A DNA stretch of 64,000 nt, taken from contig CAVUWD010000011.1 of the NCBI GenBank assembly GCA_963745025.1, positions 448,001 to 512,000 on the forward strand, given 5' to 3'. Below are positions 19,443 to 30,534 of the stretch, piece by piece. The translations under genes were made by a program, and so were the position numbers. The notes under the pieces were generated by a model, which was not told the origin of the DNA, searched no databases, and worked only from the letters and a program-made list of their open reading frames with translations. This DNA comes from an uncultured delta proteobacterium. Lineage in GTDB: Bacteria > Desulfobacterota > Binatia > JACPRU01. Each line of letters opens with the position of its first letter. The first letter of the stretch is position 1.

Positions 19443-19926
19443 GATACCTTACCGGGCACGAACTTCAGAGCGATCCCATTGTTGCACCAGCGCTGCCCGG
19501 TCGGCGGCGGGCCATCGTCGAACACGTGGCCCTGGTGCCCGCCGCAGCGGATGCAGTGATACTCGGTGCGCGGCACGAGGATCTTGTAATCGCTCTTCGT
19601 GCCGACGTGGCCCGGGATCGTCGTGAAAAAGCTCGGCCAACCCGTACCGCTGTCGAACTTCATCTTCGACGTGAAGAGCTCGAGCTCGCACCCGGCGCAG
19701 ACGAACGTGCCCTCCCGGTGCTCTTTGTCGAGCGGGCTCGAACCCGCCGGCTCGGTCGCTTCCTGGCGAAGCACCGCGAACTGCTCCGGGGTGAGTATCT
19801 TCCGCCATTCCTCCTCGGAGTGGCGAACGGGTTGGATGCCGGGGGAAGCTTGTCTTCCGCGCCACTTCGGCAGGCGCCGAAGAGAAATGTGGCAAGTGAG
19901 CCCAAGAGAAAGCTCCTTCTGTGCAT
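19439..19926 (-). CDS. msrB: Peptide methionine (R)-sulfoxide reductase with Tat/lipoprotein signal; one frameshift
   Basis: MHRRSFLLG...FGAC in one frame; EEEWRKILTPEQF, CAGC, KFDSGTGWPSF, HQGHVFDDGP, RWCNNG in the next; shift at a C5 run near 19841-19845. Confidence 0.88.
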
Positions 19927-19974
19927 GTCGAAACCTCGATGTCAGAACACGCGGCGAGCCGGTTCGGTTCCCCG

Positions 19975-20091
19975 GCCGTCGGCTATCGGCTATCAGCTCT
20001 CGGCTTTCAGCAAAAGAAATCGCAGTAGATTTTGCCCGAAACTGACAGCCGAGAGCCGCCTTGACGCCGATAGCCAATAGCCGGTAGCCGA
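19975..20091. repeat. Inverted arrays of GCYNTCR heptamers
   Basis: gccgtcg gctatcg gctatca gctctcg gctttca ... gccgaga ... gccgata gccaata gccggta; related short copies at ~23950-23982 and ~26420-26475. Confidence 0.65.
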
Positions 20092-20111
20092 AACCCGGAA
20101 AGGAGACCGAC

Positions 20112-20654
20112 ATGCCCGTCAAGATTCCCCTGCCGAGCGATGCCGAGCTCGCCCCCGAAACCCGGGAGGTGCTCGCGACGCTGCCGCCGCTCAACATCTT
20201 TCGGATGATCGCTCACGCCCCGGCGAACCTGAAGCCGTTCGTCGATTACGGGATGTCCCTCCTCTTTCAGACCGAGTTCGACGCGCGCAAGCGCGAGATC
20301 GCGATTCTGCGCGTCGCCCACGTGACCCGCTCGCGATACGAGTGGCATCAGCACGTGACGATCGCTCGCCGCGTGGGCGTGACGGACGAAGAGATCGCCA
20401 AAATCGCCGTCGACGGTCCGGTCCGCGGTCTTGACGAAGAAGGCAACCTCCTCTGCCGAGTCGCCGACGAGATCAGCCGCGACGTGCGCCTGAGCGACGA
20501 GGCTCTGTCGGCGATCCTCGAGCGCTACGGCCGACGCCAAGCGGTCGAACTCATCCTCGTCTGCGGCCACTTCAACATGGTGAGCCGCATCCTCGAATCG
20601 ACGCGCGTCGAAGTGGAGGGGGAGAACGTCTTGTCGAAGTGGAAGATGCCGTGA
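20112..20654 (+). CDS. Carboxymuconolactone decarboxylase/AhpD-like family protein
   Basis: LNIFRMIAHAP, REIAILRVA, YEWHQH. Confidence 0.85.
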   Translation: MPVKIPLPSDAELAPETREVLATLPPLNIFRMIAHAPANLKPFVDYGMSLLFQTEFDARKREIAILRVAHVTRSRYEWHQHVTIARRVGVTDEEIAKIAVDGPVRGLDEEGNLLCRVADEISRDVRLSDEALSAILERYGRRQAVELILVCGHFNMVSRILESTRVEVEGENVLSKWKMP

Positions 20655-20720
20655 TGCCATCTGAAGAATTCGATGACGTTCTCCGCTTCTGGTTCCCCAA
20701 GGAATTGAGCGGCGACCATA
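20654..20720 (+). pseudogene. Truncated DUF924-like N-terminus
   Basis: MPSEEFDDVLRFWFP coupled to the upstream stop, then the sequence loses protein-like character. Confidence 0.45.
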
Positions 20721-21036
20721 CGGGCGTCGGGCGCTGGTCCTGTACGAAAAGAGCCAATCACGTAGAGCCCCGGTTACGATTCGGTTACCGACGCGTCTTT
20801 TGCCTTGACGGGTGGTCGGTCTTTGGTCTTCACTTTGCCGAATCGAGGGCTCCTTCTTTGGAACTCGAGCGTCAAGTGCAGCTGCGACGCGCTCCGCCCT
20901 GCGATCGTCGGCGTGCGTCGCAGGGATTGTCCGTAACGGCTCGATCCCCCGAGCTCGATTCGCAGAGGCTCCGGGGGGTCATTGTTCCGAACGACGATCG
21001 CGGGTCGAAGTGATCGGATCGCCGGGGAGGAGACAG

Positions 21037-23859
21037 ATGCTTGCATATGACACACGATGGTTCGTTTCGATTGCACTGCTGCTTCTCTCTTTCGAAGGAC
21101 GCGCGATGGCGGGTGACAAAGGCGCCTGCGGCGGGCTCTCGGGCGGGGCCTTCGGACTCTGTAATGCCTTCTGCAACGCGAAGGAGTGCGCGTCAGAGGA
21201 TAGTGAGTCCAAGTCGTGCCGGCAGCTGCGGCGCAACTTCGAGCGTAAGACCGGCAGCTCGTTGTTCCCTTGCGAGAACGCCCCGGTCGGCAACAACAAG
21301 TCCGGCCCGATCGACATCACTCCCGACGGAGGGAAGGTCGTCGCCGCCAACACCGACACCGACACCGTGTCGTTCTTCGAGGTCGACGCCAATGGGTTGC
21401 TCAGCAAGGTGCAGGAGATGACCGTGGGCGACGAGCCGCGCTCGGTGGCGACGTTGCTGAACAAGCCCTGGGCGTATGTCGCCAACGCCGTGAGCGGCAC
21501 GGTGTCGGTGCTCAACGTTGACGACTACTCGCTCGTGGCCACCATCGCAGTGGGCACCGAGCCCCAGGCCGTCGTGGCATCCCCGAACGGCCGCTTCGTC
21601 TACGTGGCCAATGCCAGCGACAACTCGGTCGACGTGATACGCACGAAGACCAACACGGTGATCGCGACCATCCCGGTCGGCCGCAGCCCTCGTGCGCTCG
21701 CCATCACCAACGACGGCGATACCGCCGATGACGACGAGTCACTGTACGTGGCGAACTTCTTCGCCCGCCCGCGCACCGGCTTCACGCCGCCGAGCAGCGC
21801 CAATCTGGGCGGCGCCGCTGGTGCCGGTGCCGCGTTCCCGGTGGGCGCCAATGGCCAGCCGGTGGTCGGCGAGGGCATTTTCGACGACTCGCGGGAGGCC
21901 GTGGTCGACGTCATCTCGACCGCCACCAACACAGTCGTCGACCATGTGGTGCTCGCGCCCATCGCAAACACAGGGTTCAACTTCCCCCGCGGTGCGTTCG
22001 TGAACACCCCCGGGGTGAACGACGCGCCGCGCACGATCTTCGCCGACGGCGGGACGGACGGCACGGTGGCGCAGGCGACCGGCGCCTTCCCGAACATGCT
22101 GCAAAGCATGGTGATCTTCGGCGACCGCGGCTTCGTGCCCAACACCGCCGCTTCGCCCGAGCCGCCGCTGCGCTTCAACATCAACGTGCAGAGCCTGATG
22201 TCGGTGTTCGACGTCGCCAGCAACACGGAGATCGCCGACCAGACGTTCAACATGAACCGCGGGATCAACTTCGACCTGCCGGCCGGCCTCCTCGATGCTC
22301 AGGTCCGCGACAACACGGAGCGCATGTTTCCCTCGGTGCCGGTCGACATCGATTGCTCCGACGCCACCGGCAGGTGCTGGGTGGTGAGCCAGGGCAGCGA
22401 CTTCATCGTGCGCATGGATTTCGACGGCACGGGCAAGCCGACCATCAACGCCCCGGCCGCGCCCGGACCGTTCGCCGTCAGCCCGGTGGTGCGCATCTTC
22501 ACCATCGATCCCGCTAACGCGACAAGTTCGGGGCGCAACCCGCGCGGCATCGTGCTCAACGCCGACGGCACGCGCGGATACGTCGTCTGCCCGACTACCC
22601 GCGACGTCGTCGTCGCGGATCTGGTCGGCAACACCGTCCTGCAACGGGTCCGTTCTGCCGACCTGCCGGTCAACCCCCTCGAACAGTCGATCCTGCGCGG
22701 CAAGATCGACTTCTTCACTTCGCGCCCCTTCTGGTCCGACCGCGGCTGGGGCGGCTGCGGGTCCTGCCACCCCGACGGCCGCACTGACCAGGTGACGTGG
22801 GCGTTCGAGGCCGGCCCGCGCCAGACCGTGTCGCTCGACGGCACCTTCAGCAACGTCGATGGGCTATCCGATCAGCACGCCCTCAACTGGACGCCGGTGC
22901 GCGACGAGAACGAGGACTTCGAGCTCAACACGCGCGGCATCATGGGTGGACGCGGCTTCATCACCACCAACACCGACATCAACGGGGACGGAATCGCCCC
23001 CGACTCCGACCCCAACGTCCGCAACTTCGGCCCCGCCAGCAGTGACCGCTCGACGCAACAGACGGATCTCAAGAACTGGATCGCCTTCGCGGTCCGGAGC
23101 GCCGTCGCACCCCCGAGCAACAGCGGCAATCCATCGCGCGGCCGCGACATCTTCGGAGCTGGCCCGCCCGAGGGTACCAACTGTGTGGCCTGCCACAGCG
23201 GCCCCAAGTGGACGACCAGCCGCATCACCTACGATCGGGTCGACGTCAACCCGGTGCCGGGCACGGATACCGGGATCGTCAACACCGCTGATCCGGGCTC
23301 AGTCTTCCTGAACGGCTTCAACTCGGCGGCGGGCGCCGGGCGACTCTGCGAAGTACCGACACCGCCCGGTGCAACCAACCGGCTCCGAATTTCGCGCCAG
23401 ATCGGTACGTTCACGGCCACCAATCCGATCGAGCTGCGCCACGGTTCCATCAGCCCGATCAACACGGTGGCGCCGGCTTTGGCGGTCAACGCCGCGTTCG
23501 GCGGCGACGGGTTCAGCGCGCCGACGCTGCTCGGCATCTTCGACAGCGCGCCGTACTTCCGCCACGGCGAAGCCCAAACCCTCGAAGAGGTATTCGGCAT
23601 CGGCACCGATCCGAACTTCCTGTCGTCGGTGCGAACGCACTGGCGCTCCGGCACGAGCGGCGTGGCGAACATCCTCGACAGCGATCCGACCGCGGTCGCC
23701 GACCTGATCTCGTTCCTTCGTACCATCGACGACAGCACGCCGCCGTTCCCGGCCGCCGATCTGGCACCGAACGATCCGACCTTCGCGGACGCAGCCGCAC
23801 TGTGTGACTGCCAGAAGGATCCGCCGCTCGGTAGCCCGGTGCTCGACTGTAGCCCCTGA
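21037..23859 (+). CDS. Secreted YVTN/YncE beta-propeller plus di-heme cytochrome c (bCCP/MauG-like) protein
   Basis: GGAGGA RBS, signal peptide, YVAN repeats, CGSCH and CVACH heme motifs, APTLLGIFDSAPYFRHGEAQTLEEV. Confidence 0.85.
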   Translation: MLAYDTRWFVSIALLLLSFEGRAMAGDKGACGGLSGGAFGLCNAFCNAKECASEDSESKSCRQLRRNFERKTGSSLFPCENAPVGNNKSGPIDITPDGGKVVAANTDTDTVSFFEVDANGLLSKVQEMTVGDEPRSVATLLNKPWAYVANAVSGTVSVLNVDDYSLVATIAVGTEPQAVVASPNGRFVYVANASDNSVDVIRTKTNTVIATIPVGRSPRALAITNDGDTADDDESLYVANFFARPRTGFTPPSSANLGGAAGAGAAFPVGANGQPVVGEGIFDDSREAVVDVISTATNTVVDHVVLAPIANTGFNFPRGAFVNTPGVNDAPRTIFADGGTDGTVAQATGAFPNMLQSMVIFGDRGFVPNTAASPEPPLRFNINVQSLMSVFDVASNTEIADQTFNMNRGINFDLPAGLLDAQVRDNTERMFPSVPVDIDCSDATGRCWVVSQGSDFIVRMDFDGTGKPTINAPAAPGPFAVSPVVRIFTIDPANATSSGRNPRGIVLNADGTRGYVVCPTTRDVVVADLVGNTVLQRVRSADLPVNPLEQSILRGKIDFFTSRPFWSDRGWGGCGSCHPDGRTDQVTWAFEAGPRQTVSLDGTFSNVDGLSDQHALNWTPVRDENEDFELNTRGIMGGRGFITTNTDINGDGIAPDSDPNVRNFGPASSDRSTQQTDLKNWIAFAVRSAVAPPSNSGNPSRGRDIFGAGPPEGTNCVACHSGPKWTTSRITYDRVDVNPVPGTDTGIVNTADPGSVFLNGFNSAAGAGRLCEVPTPPGATNRLRISRQIGTFTATNPIELRHGSISPINTVAPALAVNAAFGGDGFSAPTLLGIFDSAPYFRHGEAQTLEEVFGIGTDPNFLSSVRTHWRSGTSGVANILDSDPTAVADLISFLRTIDDSTPPFPAADLAPNDPTFADAAALCDCQKDPPLGSPVLDCSP

Positions 23860-24082
23860 ATCATCTCGCCGGAGTGGGGTGGATCCCACCCCACTCCGGC
23901 GTCCCGATCCAGAGAACGTCTTGGCGAGGTGGGAGATACCATGACGGGATCGGCTATCACTCTTCGGCTGTCGGCTGAGAACAACCCTCGGTGAAGTGAC
24001 TGGTGGAAGAGGCTCTCGGGCAAAGTCGAGGACCGACCCTCGATTGGCATCGAATCCGGGGGCGCGAACGCCGGGGCTAGCA

Positions 24083-25420
24083 TTGAACCGACGCTCGGAT
24101 GGAGCCGGACGGAGGCGCGACGGCGACGTGATCGTCGTCGGCGCCGGCGTGGCGGGGCTGGAAGCGGCGCGCGTGCTCGCCGATGCGGGCGCGAGCGTCG
24201 TCGTGCTCGAGGCGCGCAGCCGGATCGGCGGACGGATCTTCACGCGGAGGGTTCCCGGAGCGGGCGCGCCGGTCGAGCTCGGCGCGGAGTTCGTGCACGG
24301 CCGGCCGCCCGAGATCTGGAGCATCGTCGTCGACTCGAAGCTCGCCATCCACGAGGTGTCGGGAGACGCGTGGTGTCGGAGCGGCGGCGCGCTCGGCCCG
24401 TGCGGTCGATTGCACGGCGAAGCACGGAGGCTTCTCGCTCGGATGTCGGCGGGGTCACGCGACCGGTCGTTCCAAGAGTTCCTCGCTGCCGAGGGGGGCG
24501 CCGCCTCCCCCGAAGTAGAGTCGCGGGCCAAGTCGTTCGTCGAGGGGTACAATGCCGCCGACGCGCGGCGCGTGAGCGTTCGCTGGCTGCTCGAGGGGCG
24601 CGCGGCCGACCGGAGAGTCGGCGCGAACCGCGCGTACCGCCTGGTCGGAGGCTATGACCAGCTCGCGGAGCAGCTTGCGCGCCGGTCCGACGGATCGCCC
24701 CTGGACATCCGGCTACGCGCCCCGATCGTCGAGGCCCGCTGGCGGCCGGGTGCGGTGGAGATCGCGACGGGGGGAGCACGGCGGTTCTGTGCCGTGCGGG
24801 CGATCTTCGCGCTTCCGCTCGGCGTCTGGCAGGCGGCGAGCGGCGCTGCCGGGGCGATGCGCTTCGTTCCCGCCCTCCGAGACAAGCAAGCCTCGATGCG
24901 CGCGCTGGCGATGGGTCGAGTCCTCAAGGTCGTGCTCGTGTTTCGCCGCCGATTCTGGGATCGGCTCGTGCGCGGCGGGAAGCGCCTGTCAACCGCGGGC
25001 TTTCTCTTCTCGGACGATGAGCGATTTCCGACGTGGTGGAGCAGCCTGCCCGCCCGCGCGCCGATGCTGACGGCGTGGGTCGCGGGACCGCGCGCCGAGG
25101 CCGGGGCGCGTGCGAATGCGGCTCTTCTCCAGCGGGCGCTCGCTGCGCTGGCGGACCTCCTCGACGTCGATCCTGCCCGGGTCCGCGCCGAGCTCGCGAG
25201 CTGGCACGCGCACGACTGGACGACCGACCCTCATTCGCGAGGCGCGTACAGCTATGTGACCGTGGGCGGTTTGGAGGCGCCCCGGGCACTCGCCGAGCCG
25301 GTGCGCAGGACGCTCTTCTTCGCAGGCGAAGCAACCGACACGAGCGGCCACAACGCCACGGTGCACGGCGCGATCGCCAGCGGTCGGCGCGCTGCCGGGG
25401 AGGTGCTCGCGACGCTGTAG
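24083..25420 (+). CDS. Flavin monoamine oxidase family protein (start uncertain)
   Basis: [48 protein letters not shown]. Confidence 0.9.
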   Translation: MNRRSDGAGRRRDGDVIVVGAGVAGLEAARVLADAGASVVVLEARSRIGGRIFTRRVPGAGAPVELGAEFVHGRPPEIWSIVVDSKLAIHEVSGDAWCRSGGALGPCGRLHGEARRLLARMSAGSRDRSFQEFLAAEGGAASPEVESRAKSFVEGYNAADARRVSVRWLLEGRAADRRVGANRAYRLVGGYDQLAEQLARRSDGSPLDIRLRAPIVEARWRPGAVEIATGGARRFCAVRAIFALPLGVWQAASGAAGAMRFVPALRDKQASMRALAMGRVLKVVLVFRRRFWDRLVRGGKRLSTAGFLFSDDERFPTWWSSLPARAPMLTAWVAGPRAEAGARANAALLQRALAALADLLDVDPARVRAELASWHAHDWTTDPHSRGAYSYVTVGGLEAPRALAEPVRRTLFFAGEATDTSGHNATVHGAIASGRRAAGEVLATL

Positions 25421-25512
25421 CTTGGCTGCCCGGGCATCCTTCCCAAGACCAGTCGCCCCGGCGGGCGGGCCAGTCTCGACAGGCGGGCTCGCTGGAATCT
25501 ACGACGAGTCCC

Positions 25513-26362
25513 ATGGGACGCGCGCGACTCGGCGAATACCTGTTCGGCATCCAAGGGCTCGCGCTCATCCGAACGTGGATGACGAGCGACGCTCGAGCCT
25601 CGGCGAAGCGCGTCGATGAGATCGGCAAGGTGTACGCAGAAGTTAATGAGGGCCTGCCATCCGTCGTACTCGACCTTCCCGAGTTGGAGGTTCGGCCGGG
25701 CTATGGGGCATGGGCGAGCACCTACGACTATCTACCGAATCCGCTCATCCAGCTCGAAGAGCCTTCGGTTCGCGCTCTCATCGACCGCTCACCGCCGGGC
25801 CGAGCGCTCGATGCGGCCTGCGGAACCGGCCGGCATACGGAGTATCTGCGATCGCGCGGCCACACGGTCATCGGCGTCGATGCCATGCCCGCGATGCTCG
25901 AAAAGAGCACGTAGTCGCGTCGTCGGTGCGGAATTCCGGACCGGCAATCTGGAGGCACTGCCGATCGACACCGCAAGTGTGGACGTGGCGGTGTGTGCGC
26001 TCGCGCTCACCCACGTCACCGACCTCGGCCCCTCGGTCGCCGAGCTCGCCCGCGTGGTGAAGCCCGGCGGCCAGGTCGTCGTCCCCGACCTCCACCCCTT
26101 CATGCTGCTGCTCGGCGGGGGAGCGCTATTTCAAGCAAGCGACGGCCGGTACGGGCTCGTTCGCAGCCACGTGCACCCGCACGCGGCCTACCTCGCCGCC
26201 TTCCGCTCCGCGGGGCTGAAGGTCGAGGAGTGCCTGGAGCTCTCGTGGCCCGAGGAGTACGTCGAGACCATGGCCGGGCCCCTCTTCTGGCTCGCTCCCG
26301 ACGCGTTCCGTGCGGCCATGGCCGGGCTTCCGGGGGCGCTGATCTGGGATCTTCGGCGGTAG
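25513..26362 (+). CDS. Class I SAM-dependent methyltransferase; frameshift near 25905
   Basis: LDAACGTGRH in frame 1, continuing as ARSRVVGAEF..LPIDTASVD..ARVVKPGG..DLHP in another frame. Confidence 0.75.
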
Positions 26363-26477
26363 CCGCACTACGCGGCGCGACGCTGCGCACCGCAGCGAAG
26401 GTCGTCGCCGGAACGGCGAATCAGCTATCGGCTGAGAATGATCTTCAGCCGAGAGCCGACAGCGGATTGCCGATTTC

Positions 26478-27683
26478 CTACATATACTTCCGAAATTCCA
26501 TCCTGGCGACTGCGCGGCGGTGAACCTCGTCGGGACCGTCGGCGATCCGCAGGGTGCGGATGTGTGCCCACATGCGGGCCAAGCCGAAGTCGTTGGTCAC
26601 GCCGCCGCCGCCGTGCGCCTGGATCGCGTCGTCGATGATCTTGAGCGCCACGTTCGGCGCTTTCACCTTGATCGCTGCGATCTCGGTCCGCGCGGCCTTG
26701 TTGCCGACGGTATCCATCATCCAGGCCGCCTTCAGCGTGAGCAGACGCGCGCACTCGATCTCGATGCGCGCGTCGGCGACGCGCTCCTCCCAGACCGAGT
26801 GCTCGGCGATCCGCTTGCCAAACGCGGTGCGCGAGAGCAGGCGCTTGCACATGACCGCGAGCGCGCGCTCCGCGACGCCGATCGTGCGCATGCAGTGGTG
26901 AATCCGCCCCGGCCCGAGACGGCCCTGCGCGATCTCGAAACCTCGCCCTTCTCCGAGCAGGAGGTTCTTCGCCGGGACGCGCACGTTGTCGAACGTCACG
27001 TCGCCATGACCGTGCGGCGCATCGTCAAAACCGAAAACCGGCAGCCAGCGGTTCAACTTGATCCCCGGCGTGTCGCGCGGCACCAGGATCTGGCTCTGCT
27101 GACGGTGACGCTCGGCCTTGGGATCGGTCTTGCCCATGAGGATCAGAATCTTGCAGCGGGGGTCGTGGATCCCCGACGTGAACCACTTCCTGCCGTTGAT
27201 CACGTATTGGTCGCCCTCGCGGCGGATCTCGGTCTCGATGTTGGTGGCGTCCGACGACGCGACGGCGGGCTCGGTCATCGCGAAGGCCGAGCGGATCTCT
27301 CCGGCGAGCAGCGGCTCGAGCCACTCCTTCTTCTGCTCCGCGCTCCCGTAGCGCTCGATGACCTCCATGTTGCCGGTATCGGGCGCCGCGCAGTTGAAGA
27401 CTTCCGAAGCGAATTCGACCTTGCCCATCTCCTCGCAGAGAAACGCGTACTCGAGATTGGTGAGGCCGGCGCCGCGCGTGGACTCGGGCAGAAAGAGGTT
27501 CCAGAGCCCCGCCGCACGCGCCTTCTTCTTGAGCTCTTCGAGGAGCGGAAGCACCTGCCAGCGGTCCGGCAGGGCGTCATGCTGGCGATGCATCTCTTCC
27601 TCGTTCGGGTAGATGTGCGCGTCCATGAAGGCGCGCAGCTTGTCGAGGTACTGCTTGGTTCTCTCGGTCGGCTCCAAGTTCAT
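26478..27683 (-). CDS. Acyl-CoA dehydrogenase
   Basis: [42 protein letters not shown]. Confidence 0.93.
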   Translation of the reverse strand: MNLEPTERTKQYLDKLRAFMDAHIYPNEEEMHRQHDALPDRWQVLPLLEELKKKARAAGLWNLFLPESTRGAGLTNLEYAFLCEEMGKVEFASEVFNCAAPDTGNMEVIERYGSAEQKKEWLEPLLAGEIRSAFAMTEPAVASSDATNIETEIRREGDQYVINGRKWFTSGIHDPRCKILILMGKTDPKAERHRQQSQILVPRDTPGIKLNRWLPVFGFDDAPHGHGDVTFDNVRVPAKNLLLGEGRGFEIAQGRLGPGRIHHCMRTIGVAERALAVMCKRLLSRTAFGKRIAEHSVWEERVADARIEIECARLLTLKAAWMMDTVGNKAARTEIAAIKVKAPNVALKIIDDAIQAHGGGGVTNDFGLARMWAHIRTLRIADGPDEVHRRAVARMEFRKYM

Positions 27684-27880
27684 GGCATTCTCCTCCACAA
27701 GTAGGTCCAGCAGACCACTCCTACGACAAACTCGTGGATTCGGGTAGACTCCCCCCGTATCCAAACGAGAGCCGACCGTGGAGCGCCTTCGCCTCGTACC
27801 CTCCTGCGCCTTCTCCCTGTTGATCCACTTCGGGCTGCTGCCACTCTTGCTTCGCGGTTTCCGTTGAGCAAAGTCGAGAG

Positions 27881-29242
27881 ATGGCGAACTACGATTTCGA
27901 CCTCTTCACCATCGGCGCCGGCTCTGGCGGCGTGCGTGCGAGCCGCCTCGCCGCGGGCCTCGGCGCGCGCGTCGCGATCGCCGAGGAGCGCTATCTCGGC
28001 GGCACCTGCGTGAACGTCGGATGCATTCCGAAGAAGCTTCTCGTCTACGCCTCCGAGTTCGCCGACGACTTCGAGGACGCGGGCGGGTTCGGCTGGGCGG
28101 TGGGAGAGCGCCGGATCGACTGGCGCGAGTTGATCGCTCGCAAGGACCGCGAGATCGAACGGCTGAACGACCTCTACCGCCGGCTCCTCGAGGCCGCCGG
28201 CGCGCGCATCGTCGAGGGGCACGCCGTCGTGGTCGATGCGCACACGGTTGCGATCGAGGGACGGCGCTACACCGCGCGAACGCTCCTCGTCGCCACGGGG
28301 GGCTGGCCGTGGAAGCCAGGGATTCCAGGCGCGGAGAACGCCATCACCTCGAACGAGGCCTTCCATCTCGAGACGTTGCCCCGCCGCGTGCTGATCGGCG
28401 GCGGCGGTTACATCGCGGTGGAGTTCGCCGGCATCTTCAAGGGTCTCGGCGCCGAAGTCACCCAGGCCTACCGAGGACCGCTCTTCTTGCGCGGCTTCGA
28501 CGATGATCTGCGCGCCGCGCTCGCCGCGGAGATGCGCGAGCGCGGCGTCGATCTGCGCTTCGACACGACGATCGTGGCGATCGAGCGAGACGACGGGTCG
28601 CTCCGCGTCCGGCTGAGCGACGGCCGGGCGGCGGAGGCGGACCAGGTGATGCTCGCGACCGGCAGGACACCCAACACGCGCGGCATCGGACTCGAGGAAG
28701 CCGGGGTGGAGCTCGATCGGGTCGGCGCGATCCGCGTCGATCCGCTGTCCCGCTCGTCGGTGCCGAGCATCTACGCGATCGGCGACTGCACCAACCGGAT
28801 GAATCTGACGCCGGTCGCGATCGCGGAGGCGCGCGCGTTCGTCGAGACCGCGTTCCGCCAGAACCCGACGCCTATGGACTATCGCGACGTGCCGACGGCG
28901 GTGTTCAGCCAGCCGAGCCTCGGCACGGTCGGGCTGACCGAGGCCGAAGCGCGCGAGCGCTTCACGGCGATCGACGTCTACCGTTCGACGTTCCGCCCGC
29001 TCAAACACACGCTCTCCGGGCGCGGCGAGAAAACGCTGATGAAGCTCGTCGTCGACCGCGCCACCGACCGGGTGCTCGGCTGCCACATGATCGGCCCCGA
29101 CGCCGGCGAGATCATCCAGGGCTTCGCCGTCGCGCTGCGCTGCAACGCGACCAAGGCGCAGTTTGATGCCACCGTGGGTATCCATCCGACCGCGGCCGAA
29201 GAGTTCGTGACGATGCGCGAGAAGGCGGTCGATCCCGCCTGA
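27881..29242 (+). CDS. gor: Glutathione-disulfide reductase
   Basis: [38 protein letters not shown]. Confidence 0.93.
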   Translation: MANYDFDLFTIGAGSGGVRASRLAAGLGARVAIAEERYLGGTCVNVGCIPKKLLVYASEFADDFEDAGGFGWAVGERRIDWRELIARKDREIERLNDLYRRLLEAAGARIVEGHAVVVDAHTVAIEGRRYTARTLLVATGGWPWKPGIPGAENAITSNEAFHLETLPRRVLIGGGGYIAVEFAGIFKGLGAEVTQAYRGPLFLRGFDDDLRAALAAEMRERGVDLRFDTTIVAIERDDGSLRVRLSDGRAAEADQVMLATGRTPNTRGIGLEEAGVELDRVGAIRVDPLSRSSVPSIYAIGDCTNRMNLTPVAIAEARAFVETAFRQNPTPMDYRDVPTAVFSQPSLGTVGLTEAEARERFTAIDVYRSTFRPLKHTLSGRGEKTLMKLVVDRATDRVLGCHMIGPDAGEIIQGFAVALRCNATKAQFDATVGIHPTAAEEFVTMREKAVDPA

Positions 29243-29253
29243 GGCTGGAGAGG

Positions 29254-29367
29254 TAACTCCTCACGCTTCGGCAAGACGGAACGCGCGCGGAGCGCGGAAG
29301 AGCCGCATTCCACGCTCCGCGCGGCGGCTCAGGAATCCCCAGCCTTGGAGGCAAAGACTGAAGGCAC
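29254..29367. repeat. Degenerate palindromic element copy lacking the long hairpins
   Basis: Inner CGCGCGCGGAGCGCGGAAG / TTCCACGCTCCGCGCGG and right end AAAGACTGAAGGC. Confidence 0.45.
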
Positions 29368-29433
29368 TATCTGGAGAGATCTTCTCCCGACGCGCGATCC
29401 GCGATAAGGACGATCGCGGCAGGAGGTGTGCCT

Positions 29434-30225
29434 ATGACGGGCGCTGCGTCGACCGAGGTCGTTCTCTACGAAGTTCGCGACGGTGTCGCGAAGCTCACGC
29501 TGAATCGCCCCGACCGTCTGAATGCCTGGACGCCCGAGATGGAGGCTCGCTACTTCGGGCTCCTCGAGCACTCGGTCGACGATCCCGCCGTGCGCGCGAT
29601 CGTCGTGACGGGAGCCGGCAAGGGATTCTGCGCGGGTGTCGACATGGAAGCGCTCCAGGCGATCGGCGGCGGCGGCACGTTCGCTCCTTCCGGCAAGCCG
29701 CAGACGTTTCCCCTGACGATCGCCAAGCCGATCCTCGCGGCGATCAACGGCGCGTGCGCCGGCTTGGGCCTCGTGCAGGCGCTGATGTGCGACCTGCGCT
29801 TCGCGGCGGCGGGCGCCAAATTCACGACCGCCTTCGTGCGGCGCGGCTTGGTCGCCGAGCATGGTTCCTCCTGGATTTTACCGCGGCTCGTCGGGCCCGC
29901 GCGCGCGCTCGACCTGCTGCTCTCCGGCAGGGTCGTGCTCGCCGAGGAGGCGCTCGCCATGGGCATCATCAACCGGGTCGTCGCCCCGGACTCTCTACTC
30001 GATACCGCCATGGACTATGCGCGCGGTCTCGCCGCACACTGCTCTCCGACCGCGATGGCTGCGATCAAGCACCAGGTCTATCGCCACTCGGAGACCGATC
30101 TCGCCACGGCGATGCGGGAATCCAACGAGCTGATGGCCGCGTCGCTCCAGCGGCCCGACTTCCGAGAGGGTGTGGCGAGCTTCGTCGAGCGCCGGCCGCC
30201 GCGCTTCGCGCCGCTCGGAAAGTAG
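29434..30225 (+). CDS. Enoyl-CoA hydratase/isomerase family protein
   Basis: TLNRPDRLNA, GFCAGVD, INGACAGLG, DFREGVASF. Confidence 0.92.
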   Translation: MTGAASTEVVLYEVRDGVAKLTLNRPDRLNAWTPEMEARYFGLLEHSVDDPAVRAIVVTGAGKGFCAGVDMEALQAIGGGGTFAPSGKPQTFPLTIAKPILAAINGACAGLGLVQALMCDLRFAAAGAKFTTAFVRRGLVAEHGSSWILPRLVGPARALDLLLSGRVVLAEEALAMGIINRVVAPDSLLDTAMDYARGLAAHCSPTAMAAIKHQVYRHSETDLATAMRESNELMAASLQRPDFREGVASFVERRPPRFAPLGK

Positions 30226-30239
30226 ACAAGTGCCGTACG

Positions 30240-30480
30240 GCCTCAGTCTCCGTAGAACCCGCGGGGATACGGAAAACGCGGTCGGTATGGATCGGCCCGT
30301 ACTCGGGTCGATCCATACCGACCGCAACCGCGCGCAGCGGAAGGCGATAACCAACGCGAGTTGGTCTATTGTGTTCCGCGCTTACGCGCGATTGCGCTTG
30401 GTTTCCATCGGTCCGAGTCCGGATCGACGAAAACCAAGCGCGGTTTCCCCTATTGCCGAGCATTCTACCGAAACCGAGGG
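30240..30480. repeat. Palindromic element copy 3 (two hairpins head-to-head)
   Basis: GCCTCAGTCTCCGTAGAA ... TTCTACCGAAACCGAGGG; hairpins 30278-30325 (TACT loop) and 30394-30441 (AGTC loop). Confidence 0.85.
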
Positions 30481-30534
30481 ATACCGCCCGCCCGCTTTCT
30501 CCGTCGTGCCGACTCGTTATAATGACCGGCGCTC

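Noticed and set aside
19835-19850. Programmed frameshift in msrB (likewise near 25905 and 32155)
   Set aside because: These are single-base shifts at or near homopolymers in a contig with other evident indels, so sequencing error is the simpler explanation.
21037-23859. Anammox hydrazine synthase
   Set aside because: Only the domain architecture is similar; no alpha subunit or multiheme HAO-like genes are present in the window.
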